A stretch of DNA of 64,000 nt from an uncultured Flavobacteriaceae bacterium (GCA_963760375.1 CAVXCS010000003.1:3590-67589); one strand, 5' to 3'. Counted from the first letter of the stretch, positions 47,175-55,816 are shown. The notes: generated from the sequence alone by a model not told the origin. A program made the numbers and translations.

Positions 47175-47351
47175 TTACGCCTTAGCTCGTGAAATAATAG
47201 GGGCAATGACCAGGCCCAAACCGATTCCGATCAAAATGGAGGCCACGAAGAAAATCGGGTTCGATTGAAGGAAAAAAAATCCAACACCTACTCCAACCAT
47301 GGTCATTCCCCCAATGGCCCAATTACTCTTATCTACTTTTTTTGTGGTCAT
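47175..47351 (-). CDS. possible 58-aa two-TM membrane protein (below the ORF-track cutoff)
   Basis: My own translation is MTTKKVDKSNWAIGGMTMVGVGVGFFFLQSNPIFFVASILIGIGLGLVIAPIISRAKA, from an ATG at 47351 to a TAA at 47175. Gly-rich hydrophobic helices. Confidence 0.4.
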   Translation of the reverse strand: MTTKKVDKSNWAIGGMTMVGVGVGFFFLQSNPIFFVASILIGIGLGLVIAPIISRAKA

Positions 47352-47518
47352 AATGGTCGTGCTTTAATGAATTGAACATGCAAAATAGGGCGCTAAGGTA
47401 TAAAATAATATGACCGTCATCATACCTATAATATTGGTAAGGCTTGATTTTGCCTACACTTGGAGACTCAATTTGGCCTGTTTCAAGCCTAAAAAAATGG
47501 GCCCCGATTTGGCTTAAG

Positions 47519-47562
47519 TGACCTAAGTCATTTCGAATGATAAAAAAGGAACCTAATTTTTG
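47519..47562 (+). promoter_or_regulatory. motif-B operator plus -7 box (promoter of 47606..47899)
   Basis: AGTGACCTAAGTCATT with core at 47519-47530. TAATTTTTG at 47554-47562 starts 29.5 bp from the centre but has one extra T relative to TAnnTTTG. Confidence 0.6.
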
Positions 47563-47605
47563 GTTCATGATCTTAATTCATGTTCGACATTAAAAAATCA
47601 TTGTT

Positions 47606-47899
47606 ATGAAACCTTCACAAAAAAACATCTGTCAGAGTTGTGGCATGTCGATGGTACAGCTTTCCGACTTTGGCTGGAATAGCGACGGCAGCATCAACAC
47701 CGAATATTGCCAATACTGCTATAAAAATGGGGCATTTACCGATGGAGATATCAGCTTGGAAGAGAAAATCGCCAAAAATATTGCCATGGCCCAAAAAATG
47801 GGTATGTCCAGGACAAAGGCCACCGATTTGGTAGCGACCACATTACCGCATTTAAAGCGATGGGGCAAAAAAACCAAAACAAAGGCGGTCAAGAAATAG
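47606..47899 (+). CDS. zinc-ribbon domain protein
   Basis: CQSCGM...YCQYCYKNGAFT followed by a helical tail, as in the 'putative zinc ribbon' family. Confidence 0.7.
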   Translation: MKPSQKNICQSCGMSMVQLSDFGWNSDGSINTEYCQYCYKNGAFTDGDISLEEKIAKNIAMAQKMGMSRTKATDLVATTLPHLKRWGKKTKTKAVKK

Positions 47900-47909
47900 C
47901 ATAAAAACA

Positions 47910-47935
47910 GTATTCCCGGGAAATCTAGGGAATAC
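47910..47935 (+). terminator. hairpin after the zinc-ribbon gene
   Basis: An 8-bp stem, GTATTCCC (47910-47917) / GGGAATAC (47928-47935), with a 10-nt loop. It lies 11 nt after the stop and has no clear T-tract. Confidence 0.45.
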
Positions 47936-48070
47936 GCAATTGCAATTGAAAACAACCAAGCGGCTGCTTTTTGGCAAACCGGGGAGGCCAATATGCTTTG
48001 TTTTGTAGGATGAAAGGCGTTTTATCCGTGTTCTGTTCCTATTGTATTCGACAGAAAAGGCGAATCGGTT

Positions 48071-48580
48071 TTACTCGCTCTGGCTCACTGTGACCGTGGC
48101 ATTGCCATCGCCCATCATCAGCATGACCGATAGGTCATCCTTTTCGGCGGCGAGTTGTCCGCCCGATCCTGTCACGGTAGTAAAACTGATGGCAAAGCCT
48201 GCATTTTCCAATTGTTTTTTGTAATCTTCCAAAGCCTTGTTCGGGACCGATTCGAAAAGGATCATCCAATTATTCGTGCCTTCCATGGTCTGTGTTGTTG
48301 CCCCCATGACCTTGCCTTCCTTGAATTCCGGAACTGCATTTGGAATATCGGTAGGCCAGCTGTGAACATTGGCATCGGTGGTAAAGGTGCCCTCATCGGT
48401 TTCAATGACCACCTTCTGGTCGTCGATATCAACTTTGGCGTCTCCGCCGATCGACTCTTCGATCAATTTTTCATTGGTTTTCTCGGCTGCCTTTTTACAA
48501 CCGTTCATTGCAGTAAGTAAAATAGTTGTGCTCAAAAAGACAGCGGTTCTGAACACATTGAAAAGTTTTCGGGTTTCCAT
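48071..48580 (-). CDS. hypothetical lipoprotein
   Basis: Signal peptide with lipobox LTAMNGC. 169 aa. No family recognised. Confidence 0.55.
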   Translation of the reverse strand: METRKLFNVFRTAVFLSTTILLTAMNGCKKAAEKTNEKLIEESIGGDAKVDIDDQKVVIETDEGTFTTDANVHSWPTDIPNAVPEFKEGKVMGATTQTMEGTNNWMILFESVPNKALEDYKKQLENAGFAISFTTVTGSGGQLAAEKDDLSVMLMMGDGNATVTVSQSE

Positions 48581-48640
48581 AGGTTATGGCATTAAATGTT
48601 TACGATTCCTTGTTGAAGATCATTATTGTAATTGCGATAT

Positions 48641-48683
48641 TAAATGTAAAGAATATTTGAATGCAACATCATGACCCAAGTCA
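48641..48683 (-). promoter_or_regulatory. motif-B operator plus -7 box (promoter of 48580..48071)
   Basis: CATGACCCAAGTCAGC with core at 48672-48683. Minus-strand TACATTTA at 48648-48641 starts 29.5 bp from the centre. Confidence 0.6.
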
Positions 48684-48770
48684 GCGATTTGTATCTGGTT
48701 TTTAAGGAAATAATGGGATTTGGTTTTTTTAGGACAAGGCAGTTTGCCCATGGATCTGCCGATTAGGGGA

Positions 48771-49454
48771 TCATTCCATCCGATTCAAGTATCCGGCATA
48801 TTTTAGCAAGCCTTTATTGACCATGTTCACGGCTGCCCCGCTGGTCACGGTCGCCCCGGATAGGCCATCGACCATTTGTGTTCCCGAAATAATCTTTTTA
48901 CCGGTTTGGTCAAGTCCGAAGGTGTTGGCTTTAATGTTTATTTTGGCATCCAAAAATTGCTTTGCAAAACCAATCTCGCTGATGCCGGCCCCATAACCAT
49001 CCGATTCCGATCGATGGTCAAAGGCCATATTTATTACCGTTTGGGTCTTTCGGTCCACCAATACTTTGGCCCAGATCGGCCCTCCAAATCCTTTGCCCCC
49101 CATCATAAGAATGGCATGGTCATTTCCTCGTATTTCAAAAATTGGGAGTGCTGCGACGTTTCCGTTCTTTACGGTGATCTGGTAAAGTTCTAGGTAGGTT
49201 TCCGAATCAATGGTTTCGAGTTCCCCATTGCCATTGATTTGTTTGAAATGGATCATCTCATCCGCCGCGTTCGCATCGGGGATGTCAATACCGGCAAACT
49301 GGCCAAGTTCCTTTATAATTGAAGACATCGGTGCCTTGGCGGGCGACTCGGTTACCGTTTCCGTGGCCTTTGGTTGAGGTTCGGCCGTTGCTTTTTGTTT
49401 ACAGCCCCAAAAAAGGCTTACCAAGATAAAAAAGGCCGGATAGATCGTTTTCAT
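48771..49454 (-). CDS. FMN-binding-domain lipoprotein
   Basis: Lipobox LFWGC. The C-terminal DGLSGATVTS is the FMN_bind (NqrC/RnfG/NosR-type) flavinylation motif. Confidence 0.65.
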   Translation of the reverse strand: MKTIYPAFFILVSLFWGCKQKATAEPQPKATETVTESPAKAPMSSIIKELGQFAGIDIPDANAADEMIHFKQINGNGELETIDSETYLELYQITVKNGNVAALPIFEIRGNDHAILMMGGKGFGGPIWAKVLVDRKTQTVINMAFDHRSESDGYGAGISEIGFAKQFLDAKINIKANTFGLDQTGKKIISGTQMVDGLSGATVTSGAAVNMVNKGLLKYAGYLNRME

Positions 49455-49495
49455 AAAGTATAATGTTTTTGATTTTCCAAGGTTGGGATGCTCCT

Positions 49496-50257
49496 TTACT
49501 TGCTTGCCATCCCGCCATCGATGACATGGGTGTCGCCGGTGATGTACTTGCTGTCGTCGGAGGCTAAAAAGAGGGCCAGTTGCGCGATTTCTTCAGCAGT
49601 GGCATATCGTCCGAACGGGATGCTCGCCTCGAATCCTTTGTGCACCTCTTCGGCTTTTTCCGGAGACATATCCACTTCAATTCTTTGCATCATTTTGGTG
49701 GTCACCGGGCCGGGATGGATACTGTTGACCCTTATCCCGTTTTTGGCGAATTCGAGTGCCGCCGTTCTCATGATCCCTATGACACCATGTTTGCTGGTGA
49801 CGTATGCGCCCAAGCCCGGAAATCCCTTTAAGCCCGCTACGGAGGAGGTGATGATCACACTGCCGCCTTGGGTCATTTTTGGGATAAGATGTTGGCAGCC
49901 CAACCAAACTCCTTTTAAATTGACGGCGATGACCCTGTCGAACATTTCTTCAGGATATTCCGCAATAGAACTCACCGTCCCTTCTATCCCGGCATTGTTG
50001 AAGAATACGTCGATCCGGTCAAAGGCCTTTAAAGCTTCCCCAACATATTTTTTGACGTCGGTCGATTTGGAGACATCGGCCGTACAATACGCGACGTTTG
50101 GGCTGTTCAATTCCTTTGCGGTCGCCTGTAATTCCTTTGGCTGGTTATCGACCAAAAATACCCTGGCCCCTTCGGAAAGAAATAATTGTGCCGTAGCCTT
50201 GCCTATTCCCGCTGCACCACCTGTAATGACCGCTACTTTGTTTTTTAATCTGTTCAT
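49496..50257 (-). CDS. SDR-family oxidoreductase
   Basis: TGGAAGIG cofactor motif, NNAG, and the YxxxK catalytic motif (YVTSKHG). Confidence 0.9.
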   Translation of the reverse strand: MNRLKNKVAVITGGAAGIGKATAQLFLSEGARVFLVDNQPKELQATAKELNSPNVAYCTADVSKSTDVKKYVGEALKAFDRIDVFFNNAGIEGTVSSIAEYPEEMFDRVIAVNLKGVWLGCQHLIPKMTQGGSVIITSSVAGLKGFPGLGAYVTSKHGVIGIMRTAALEFAKNGIRVNSIHPGPVTTKMMQRIEVDMSPEKAEEVHKGFEASIPFGRYATAEEIAQLALFLASDDSKYITGDTHVIDGGMASK

Positions 50258-50587
50258 GGTTTGTCAAGTTGAAATTTTAACTGATTGATTTGCCAACGAT
50301 TGTCGGCGGTCTTCAGCGCCAATAAGATGGCGCCCAGCATTTTTGAATGGAGCGTGGGAAGTTGGTATCTTTTTTTCGACATGAGGATGTTCGACCGTTC
50401 TGCAAGTGAAAAGCACAACCGGAACGTCAATAAAATATAGATACGATTCATGGGTTCATTCATATCGGGTTTTAAAATGGTACTGGATTTCTGTTTCCAA
50501 ATCCAATGGGACAACCACGGCGTGGGTCATCATGGAACAGCGACCGAAACAAGCGCCGCTGTCTTTTTGATCAAAGTCGTGAAAAGC

Positions 50588-51064
50588 TCAAAACATCAAA
50601 TTGGAGTAGATCATGCTTTTCAAGTCCTTTGGAAGTCCGTCACGGATATCTTCCATTTCCCCCAAAGAAATATATTTTCTTAAATAGATGAAAGTCGTAT
50701 CGATATACCGCTCCGCGACTTCATCGTTGTATTCAAAATCATTGACCGCTGCCGAGCCATCGTGTTGGCGCACCAGGTCGATAAATTCTGCCATGCGCTT
50801 GATTTTGGGCTTTTCTTTTCTCAGGTTCCACCCATTCACATAAACCGCTTTCAGGAACATCGGCAACTGTGCAACAAGTTGCAGCGATTCTTCCGGTGGA
50901 ATGATGTCGCGCAGGGCATGTAGGATGGCACTTATTATCCTTCCGGCCTTATCGGTATCGGTTCCAAGGTTCATTTCTTTGGCATAATCCTTTATAAAGG
51001 TATTGCCATCTTTTGCATATTCGTTGAAATTGAGTCCCATGATCGTTTTTTTTAAATGTGCCAT
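50588..51064 (-). CDS. DUF2267 domain protein
   Basis: LNFNEYAKDGNTFIKDYAKEM...ILHALRDIIPPEESLQLVAQLP is typical of DUF2267. An alternative start lies at 51040. Confidence 0.7.
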   Translation of the reverse strand: MAHLKKTIMGLNFNEYAKDGNTFIKDYAKEMNLGTDTDKAGRIISAILHALRDIIPPEESLQLVAQLPMFLKAVYVNGWNLRKEKPKIKRMAEFIDLVRQHDGSAAVNDFEYNDEVAERYIDTTFIYLRKYISLGEMEDIRDGLPKDLKSMIYSNLMF

Positions 51065-51094
51065 AAAGATGATAATGAATCATGATTGGTCAAA

Positions 51095-51137
51095 TGATAT
51101 AAGTCATTTATGGGCTCAAAAAACACCCTTATTTTTG
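51095..51137 (+). promoter_or_regulatory. motif-B operator plus -7 box (promoter of hpf-usp operon)
   Basis: AATGATATAAGTCATT with core at 51095-51106. Perfect TATTTTTG at 51130-51137 starts 29.5 bp from the centre. Confidence 0.7.
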
Positions 51138-51158
51138 AAAAATGCCAAATCGAAAAAT

Positions 51159-51461
51159 ATGAAGGTACAAATACAGTATGTCAAGATGCCCACCAATGAT
51201 TCCTTGGGGGAGATGGTCACCCAAAATTTGAACAAGTTGGCCCATAAATTCCCCTTTGTTTTGAGGGCAGATGTGATTTTCAAGGAAGAAAACGACCCCA
51301 GCGAACGTGGCATGATCTGCGAGATTCGGCTCAGTGCCCCTGGACCAAGGCTGTTTGCAAAATCGGACGAGAGCAGTTTTGAAAAGGCTGCAATGGAGAC
51401 CGTCAGCGATTTGGAGCGGCAGCTAAAAAAACGCAAGGGCGTCTTAAAAAAGCATCATTAA
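51159..51461 (+). CDS. hpf: ribosome hibernation-promoting factor (short HPF/RaiA type)
   Basis: MKVQIQYVKMP...ADVIFKEEN...CEIRLSAPG...ESSFEKAAMETVSDLERQLKKRK matches the sigma-54-modulation/HPF fold pattern. Start moved to the ATG at 51159. Confidence 0.85.
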   Translation: MKVQIQYVKMPTNDSLGEMVTQNLNKLAHKFPFVLRADVIFKEENDPSERGMICEIRLSAPGPRLFAKSDESSFEKAAMETVSDLERQLKKRKGVLKKHH

Positions 51462-51475
51462 ACCTTCCCGCGACT

Positions 51476-52318
51476 ATGGATATCAAAAAAATTCTTGTCC
51501 CCGTCGATTTTTCGGAACATGCCTCCTATGCCTTGGAGGTGGCGGCCCAATGGGCAAGACAGCATGGGGCCGAAATTTTGGTGCTCCATATGCTGGGTTT
51601 GTTCGAATCTTCCTATGAGCTGGATGAGACCTCCGCAATGGCCGAAGCCAAGTATTATATGAAAATGGCCAAAAAGAGGTTCAACGAATTTTTGGACAAG
51701 GAATATCTGGAGGGAATATCGGTACATCGAATCGTGCAGAACTACAAAATTTTCAGTGAATTGAACCAAGTGGCCGGGGAACAGGATATTGATCTGATCG
51801 TCATGGGCTCGCACGGCACCAGCGGTATTGGCGGGTTTTTTGTGGGGTCGAACACCGAAAAGGTCATTCGTTCCGCTGAAGTACCGGTCTTGGTGATCAA
51901 AAAACAAACGCCAAATTTTGGCATGAAGGAAGTCGTCTTTGCTTGTGACTTCAATTTGGAAAATGAAAGCGCCTACCGCAAGGCCATGAAACTGTTCCAA
52001 CGATTGGGAGCAAAGGTGCACCTTCTCTATGTCAACCTGCCCAATACCCAATTCAAGAGCAGTACCGAAATCGAAGAAAAGATGGCCAATTTCCTTTTTG
52101 TGGTGCACGATGGAAAAGCCGTTTTGAATGAAACGCCCGTTTGTGTGTGCGATCACACCATTGAAATGGGCATCTACCGCTACTGCAAAAAGGTCAATGC
52201 CGACCTTTTGGCCATGCCTACCCATGGAAGGCAGGGGCTATCGCACTTTTTTAGACAAAGTTTGGCAGAGGATATCGCCAACCATATCGATCTTCCGGTG
52301 ATGACCTTTAAGATTTGA
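51476..52318 (+). CDS. universal stress protein, tandem Usp domains (USP-1)
   Basis: KKILVPVDFSEHA... and the ATP-type motif MGSHGTSGIGGFFVGSNT. A second Usp domain ends in LPVMTFK. Confidence 0.85.
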   Translation: MDIKKILVPVDFSEHASYALEVAAQWARQHGAEILVLHMLGLFESSYELDETSAMAEAKYYMKMAKKRFNEFLDKEYLEGISVHRIVQNYKIFSELNQVAGEQDIDLIVMGSHGTSGIGGFFVGSNTEKVIRSAEVPVLVIKKQTPNFGMKEVVFACDFNLENESAYRKAMKLFQRLGAKVHLLYVNLPNTQFKSSTEIEEKMANFLFVVHDGKAVLNETPVCVCDHTIEMGIYRYCKKVNADLLAMPTHGRQGLSHFFRQSLAEDIANHIDLPVMTFKI

Positions 52319-52354
52319 TGGCTGGGCTGGGGAACCAAAAAAACGATGCCTGGC

Positions 52355-53053
52355 TCAGAGCAGATGCAGGGCCATATCCACCATGTCCCTAAAGGTTTTT
52401 TCCCTTTCATCTGCAGAGGAGCGTTCCCCGGTGACCAAAGAGTCGGAAATGGTGAGTATGGCAAGGGCCCTTACATTATATCTTGCTGCGATGGTATATA
52501 GTCCGGATGCTTCCATCTCCACGCAGAGCACACCAAATTTGGCCCACAACTTATAATCCTCGGCATCATCGGTATAGAATTCATCAGAGGACAGTACATT
52601 TCCCGCCTTGATGGCGATCCCCTGCTCCTTGGCGTACAAGGCGGCCTTCATCAAGAGTTCAAAGTTGGCGGTAGGGGAGTAATCGGCATTGATGAATCTG
52701 GAATTGTTGATACCTGAAGTGGTGGAGGCCGCCATGGCCAGCACAATATCCCTGATCTTCACCTCTTTTTGATAGGACCCGGCAGTTCCTACCCTGATAA
52801 TGTTCTTTACCCCATAGTCGTTGATCAGTTCATGGTAATAGATCATCGCCGAAGGAATGCCCATTCCACTTCCTTGTACCGAAACACGCTTCCCGCGGTA
52901 GGTGCCCGTATAGCCCAACATTCCCCTGACATCGTTATAGCAATATGCTTTTTCAAGAAAGGTCTCGGCGATCCATTTGGCGCGCATGGGATCGCCGGGC
53001 ATGAGCACGGTTTCGGCAATGTCTCCTTTTTTGGCTTCGATGTGGGTGCTCAT
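52355..53053 (-). CDS. deoD: purine-nucleoside phosphorylase
   Basis: HIEAKKGDIAETVLMPGDPMRAKWIAETFL...VRGMLGYTGTY...GMGIPS is nearly collinear with E. coli DeoD. Confidence 0.9.
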   Translation of the reverse strand: MSTHIEAKKGDIAETVLMPGDPMRAKWIAETFLEKAYCYNDVRGMLGYTGTYRGKRVSVQGSGMGIPSAMIYYHELINDYGVKNIIRVGTAGSYQKEVKIRDIVLAMAASTTSGINNSRFINADYSPTANFELLMKAALYAKEQGIAIKAGNVLSSDEFYTDDAEDYKLWAKFGVLCVEMEASGLYTIAARYNVRALAILTISDSLVTGERSSADEREKTFRDMVDMALHLL

Positions 53054-53060
53054 GGATTTC

Positions 53061-53708
53061 TTATTTAAGGGTGGCCATCATCGCGGCCCCTGAGGAGGTG
53101 CCGATACGGGAAGCGCCCAAGCTTATATATTTTTTTGCGGTCTCGGCATCCTTGATGCCTCCGGATGCCTTTATTTTTATGGCCTCCCCGACCCACTTTT
53201 TTATCGAGGCAACATCTTCAAAGGTGGCTCCCAACGGACCAAATCCTGTGGAGGTCTTTACGTAATCGGCCCCGGCACGGATGGCCATCTCGCAGGCCAG
53301 GCGTTTCTCGTTGCCATTCAAATAACAGGTCTCGAGAATTACTTTCAACACTTTATCGCCAATGGTATTTTTGACTTTTTCAATTTCGGCCTCCACCAAT
53401 CCATGTTCACCCGATTTCATCCACCCGATGTTCATGACCATATCAATTTCATCCGCTCCAAGTGCAATGGCCTGCCTGGCCTCGGAGCACTTCGTTTCCG
53501 TCAGGTTGGCGCCCGTCGGGAAGCCTACTACGGTAACCAAACGCACTCCGGTACCCCATAGGGCTTTTTTGCAGGTCGCCAAGTGGCATCCATGCACGCA
53601 AACGGCATAAAAGTGATACCTTTTGGCTTCCTCGCACAATGTTGCAACTTCAGATATGGTGGCATCGGGCCTTAACAGGGTTTGATCTATGTAGTTTTCC
53701 AACAGCAC
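53061..53708 (-). CDS. deoC: deoxyribose-phosphate aldolase
   Basis: IDQTLLRPDAT...VCV...VVGFPTG...DMV.N.G...LKVILET..L...VKTSTGF...IKASGGI DERA motifs. Confidence 0.9.
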   Translation of the reverse strand: MLLENYIDQTLLRPDATISEVATLCEEAKRYHFYAVCVHGCHLATCKKALWGTGVRLVTVVGFPTGANLTETKCSEARQAIALGADEIDMVMNIGWMKSGEHGLVEAEIEKVKNTIGDKVLKVILETCYLNGNEKRLACEMAIRAGADYVKTSTGFGPLGATFEDVASIKKWVGEAIKIKASGGIKDAETAKKYISLGASRIGTSSGAAMMATLK

Positions 53709-54112
53709 TATTTCAACAGCAGCCCCAACTTGCCAAGTAAGACCAACTCGCCTTTGTTTTTACCGGAGAAGGCGGCGGCTATGGCATTCGCGGTAGCCAT
53801 GATAAGGTCTTTGAGGTCTTCCGTAAAAACAGTGGGATGTTCCTTGTAAAATTTGGTAAAGGCATCAAAACACGCATTGCTTTGCTTCTCATATTCCAGG
53901 AGCCAGTCAAAAACAATTTCGATTTGGTAGGCGGCGTCGGTGCCATACCGATCTTCAAGCGAATCCACATCGAGCCATTTTTCCCGTATGATCTCTTTGA
54001 GCCGATCTAATTCTTTGATATGTACTGCATCGTCTGCCATGGCGATGGCATAGAACAGTTTTCCCAGGTTTTGGTACAATTGGTGGCCGATTTTCTCAGA
54101 ATTTGTCATCAT
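53708..54112 (-). CDS. TerB-like (tellurite-resistance/DjlA N-terminal-like) protein
   Basis: LGKLFYAIAMADDAVHIKELDRLKEII is a TerB-type helical motif. The stop overlaps the deoC start. Confidence 0.55.
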   Translation of the reverse strand: MMTNSEKIGHQLYQNLGKLFYAIAMADDAVHIKELDRLKEIIREKWLDVDSLEDRYGTDAAYQIEIVFDWLLEYEKQSNACFDAFTKFYKEHPTVFTEDLKDLIMATANAIAAAFSGKNKGELVLLGKLGLLLK

Positions 54113-54134
54113 ATTTTCAATGGTATAGCAATTT

Positions 54135-54177
54135 CAAATCTAACTTTAAATTGATTTTCGAGATATGATAAATGTCA
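54135..54177 (-). promoter_or_regulatory. motif-B operator plus -7 box (promoter of terB-deoC-deoD operon)
   Basis: TATGATAAATGTCAGT with core at 54166-54177. Minus-strand perfect TAGATTTG at 54142-54135 starts 29.5 bp from the centre. A plus-strand TAATTTTG at 54189-54196 lies only 17.5 bp from the centre. Confidence 0.65.
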
Positions 54178-54200
54178 GTTATAAAAGCTAATTTTGAAAC

Positions 54201-55724
54201 ATGCAGGTTTTTCAAAAGAACAGTAATATTTTCAACTTGCTTTCGGAAGGGGTGTCCGAAGGCATTATTGTCGTCAATAATGAACAGGTGATTGTGGCCA
54301 CCAATTCGTCCGCGGAGGAGATGTTCGGTTATTCAAAGGATGAATTATTGGGACAATCGTTGAATCTACTGATTCCAACAAAGCATCGACATGCGCATAA
54401 AAATTATGTGACCCATTTCGTGGACAAAAGTGAAAAACGTCAGATGGGTCGAGGTAGAAACCTGTACGGCCTGCACAAAAATGGGGAAGAGTTCCCCCTC
54501 GAAGCGGGTTTAAATCCCTTTGAACTTTATGGATCCCATTATGTCATGGCCCTGGTCATGGATATTACCGAGCGAAAGAAGGCCGAAAAGGAACTGATCC
54601 ATTGGTCGACGATTTTTAACGAATCATTAAATGAGATTTTTATTTTTGATGCGAAGACCCTCCATTTTAAAAATGTGAACAAGGGCGCTCTGAAGAATAT
54701 GGGCTATGATTTGGAAGAATTCAGGAAATTGACGCCCGTTGACATCAAACCCATGTACGATGAAACCGGATTTCGAAATCTGATCGCCCCGTTGCTCGAC
54801 CGGCAAAAGGAAAAATTGGAATTTGAGTCCTTGCACCAACGAAAGGACGGTACTACCTATCCGGTGGAAGTACACTTGCAGATGTCTGACTTGAGCGAAG
54901 AAAAAGTGTTCGTTGCGATCATTTTGGATATTACCGAGAGGAAGAACTATACGGAAAAATTGGAAAGGACCGTTGAAGAACGCACCAAACAGCTCACCGA
55001 TGCCTTGGCGAAGGAGAAAGAACTCAACGAACTGAAGACCCGTTTTTTATCCCTGGTCTCCCACGAGTTCAAGACCCCGTTGAGCAGTATCCTGACCTCG
55101 GTCACCCTGCTGTCGAAATACGACCGGACAGAACAACAGGGCAATCGGGAAAAGCATGTGGACACCATCAAAAACAAGGTGCGTTATTTAGATGCCATCC
55201 TCAACGATTTTCTTTCCCTGGAGCGTTTGGAATCGGGGAAGGTGAATTACAAAATAGATCGCTTTCCCTTGAGCAAATTGATAAACGAAGTGGTATACGA
55301 TGCCAATATGTTGTTGAAGGAGGGCCAAAAAATAATATACCCCCATGATATCGATCATATTACAGTGGCGTTCGAGGAGAAGATCTTAGAGTTGGCCTTG
55401 TCGAATTTGGTACACAACGCCATTAAATATTCGGCCGAGCATACCGTGGTGGAAATTCAGGTGAAGAAAGACAACCAGCTCTTGGAGCTCGATATTATCG
55501 ATCAAGGAATAGGCATTCCGTCCCAAGAGCAAAAACATATTTTTAATCGTTATTTTAGGGCGGAGAACGCCCTCCTGAGCCAAGGCACGGGAATTGGGTT
55601 GAGCATCACCAAACAACATCTTGAAAATTTGGGCGCTTCCCTTAGTTTTGTCAGTGAAGAAAATAAAGGATCTATATTTACGATAAAAATTCCGGAAAAC
55701 ATGGCAGCGAAAGCCACTTCATGA
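54201..55724 (+). CDS. PAS-PAS sensor histidine kinase (HK2)
   Basis: Two PAS domains, HisKA (SHEFKTPL) and HATPase (GTGIGL...NKGSIF) motifs. The C-terminal half is clearly paralogous to HK1. Confidence 0.9.
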   Translation: MQVFQKNSNIFNLLSEGVSEGIIVVNNEQVIVATNSSAEEMFGYSKDELLGQSLNLLIPTKHRHAHKNYVTHFVDKSEKRQMGRGRNLYGLHKNGEEFPLEAGLNPFELYGSHYVMALVMDITERKKAEKELIHWSTIFNESLNEIFIFDAKTLHFKNVNKGALKNMGYDLEEFRKLTPVDIKPMYDETGFRNLIAPLLDRQKEKLEFESLHQRKDGTTYPVEVHLQMSDLSEEKVFVAIILDITERKNYTEKLERTVEERTKQLTDALAKEKELNELKTRFLSLVSHEFKTPLSSILTSVTLLSKYDRTEQQGNREKHVDTIKNKVRYLDAILNDFLSLERLESGKVNYKIDRFPLSKLINEVVYDANMLLKEGQKIIYPHDIDHITVAFEEKILELALSNLVHNAIKYSAEHTVVEIQVKKDNQLLELDIIDQGIGIPSQEQKHIFNRYFRAENALLSQGTGIGLSITKQHLENLGASLSFVSEENKGSIFTIKIPENMAAKATS

Positions 55725-55816
55725 CATGCTGGGCCTGGTTTCGGATCGGTGCAGCGCACTATGGAATCCGGATAGATCTTAGCCATGGGTTTTGGACGAA
55801 AAAATAAAACGGAGAG

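Noticed and set aside
47329-47568. 79-aa minus-strand track ORF covering the 47519 operator region.
   Set aside because: It overlaps the predicted promoter of the zinc-ribbon gene and the start of the better-looking 58-codon membrane ORF. Its translation has no features.
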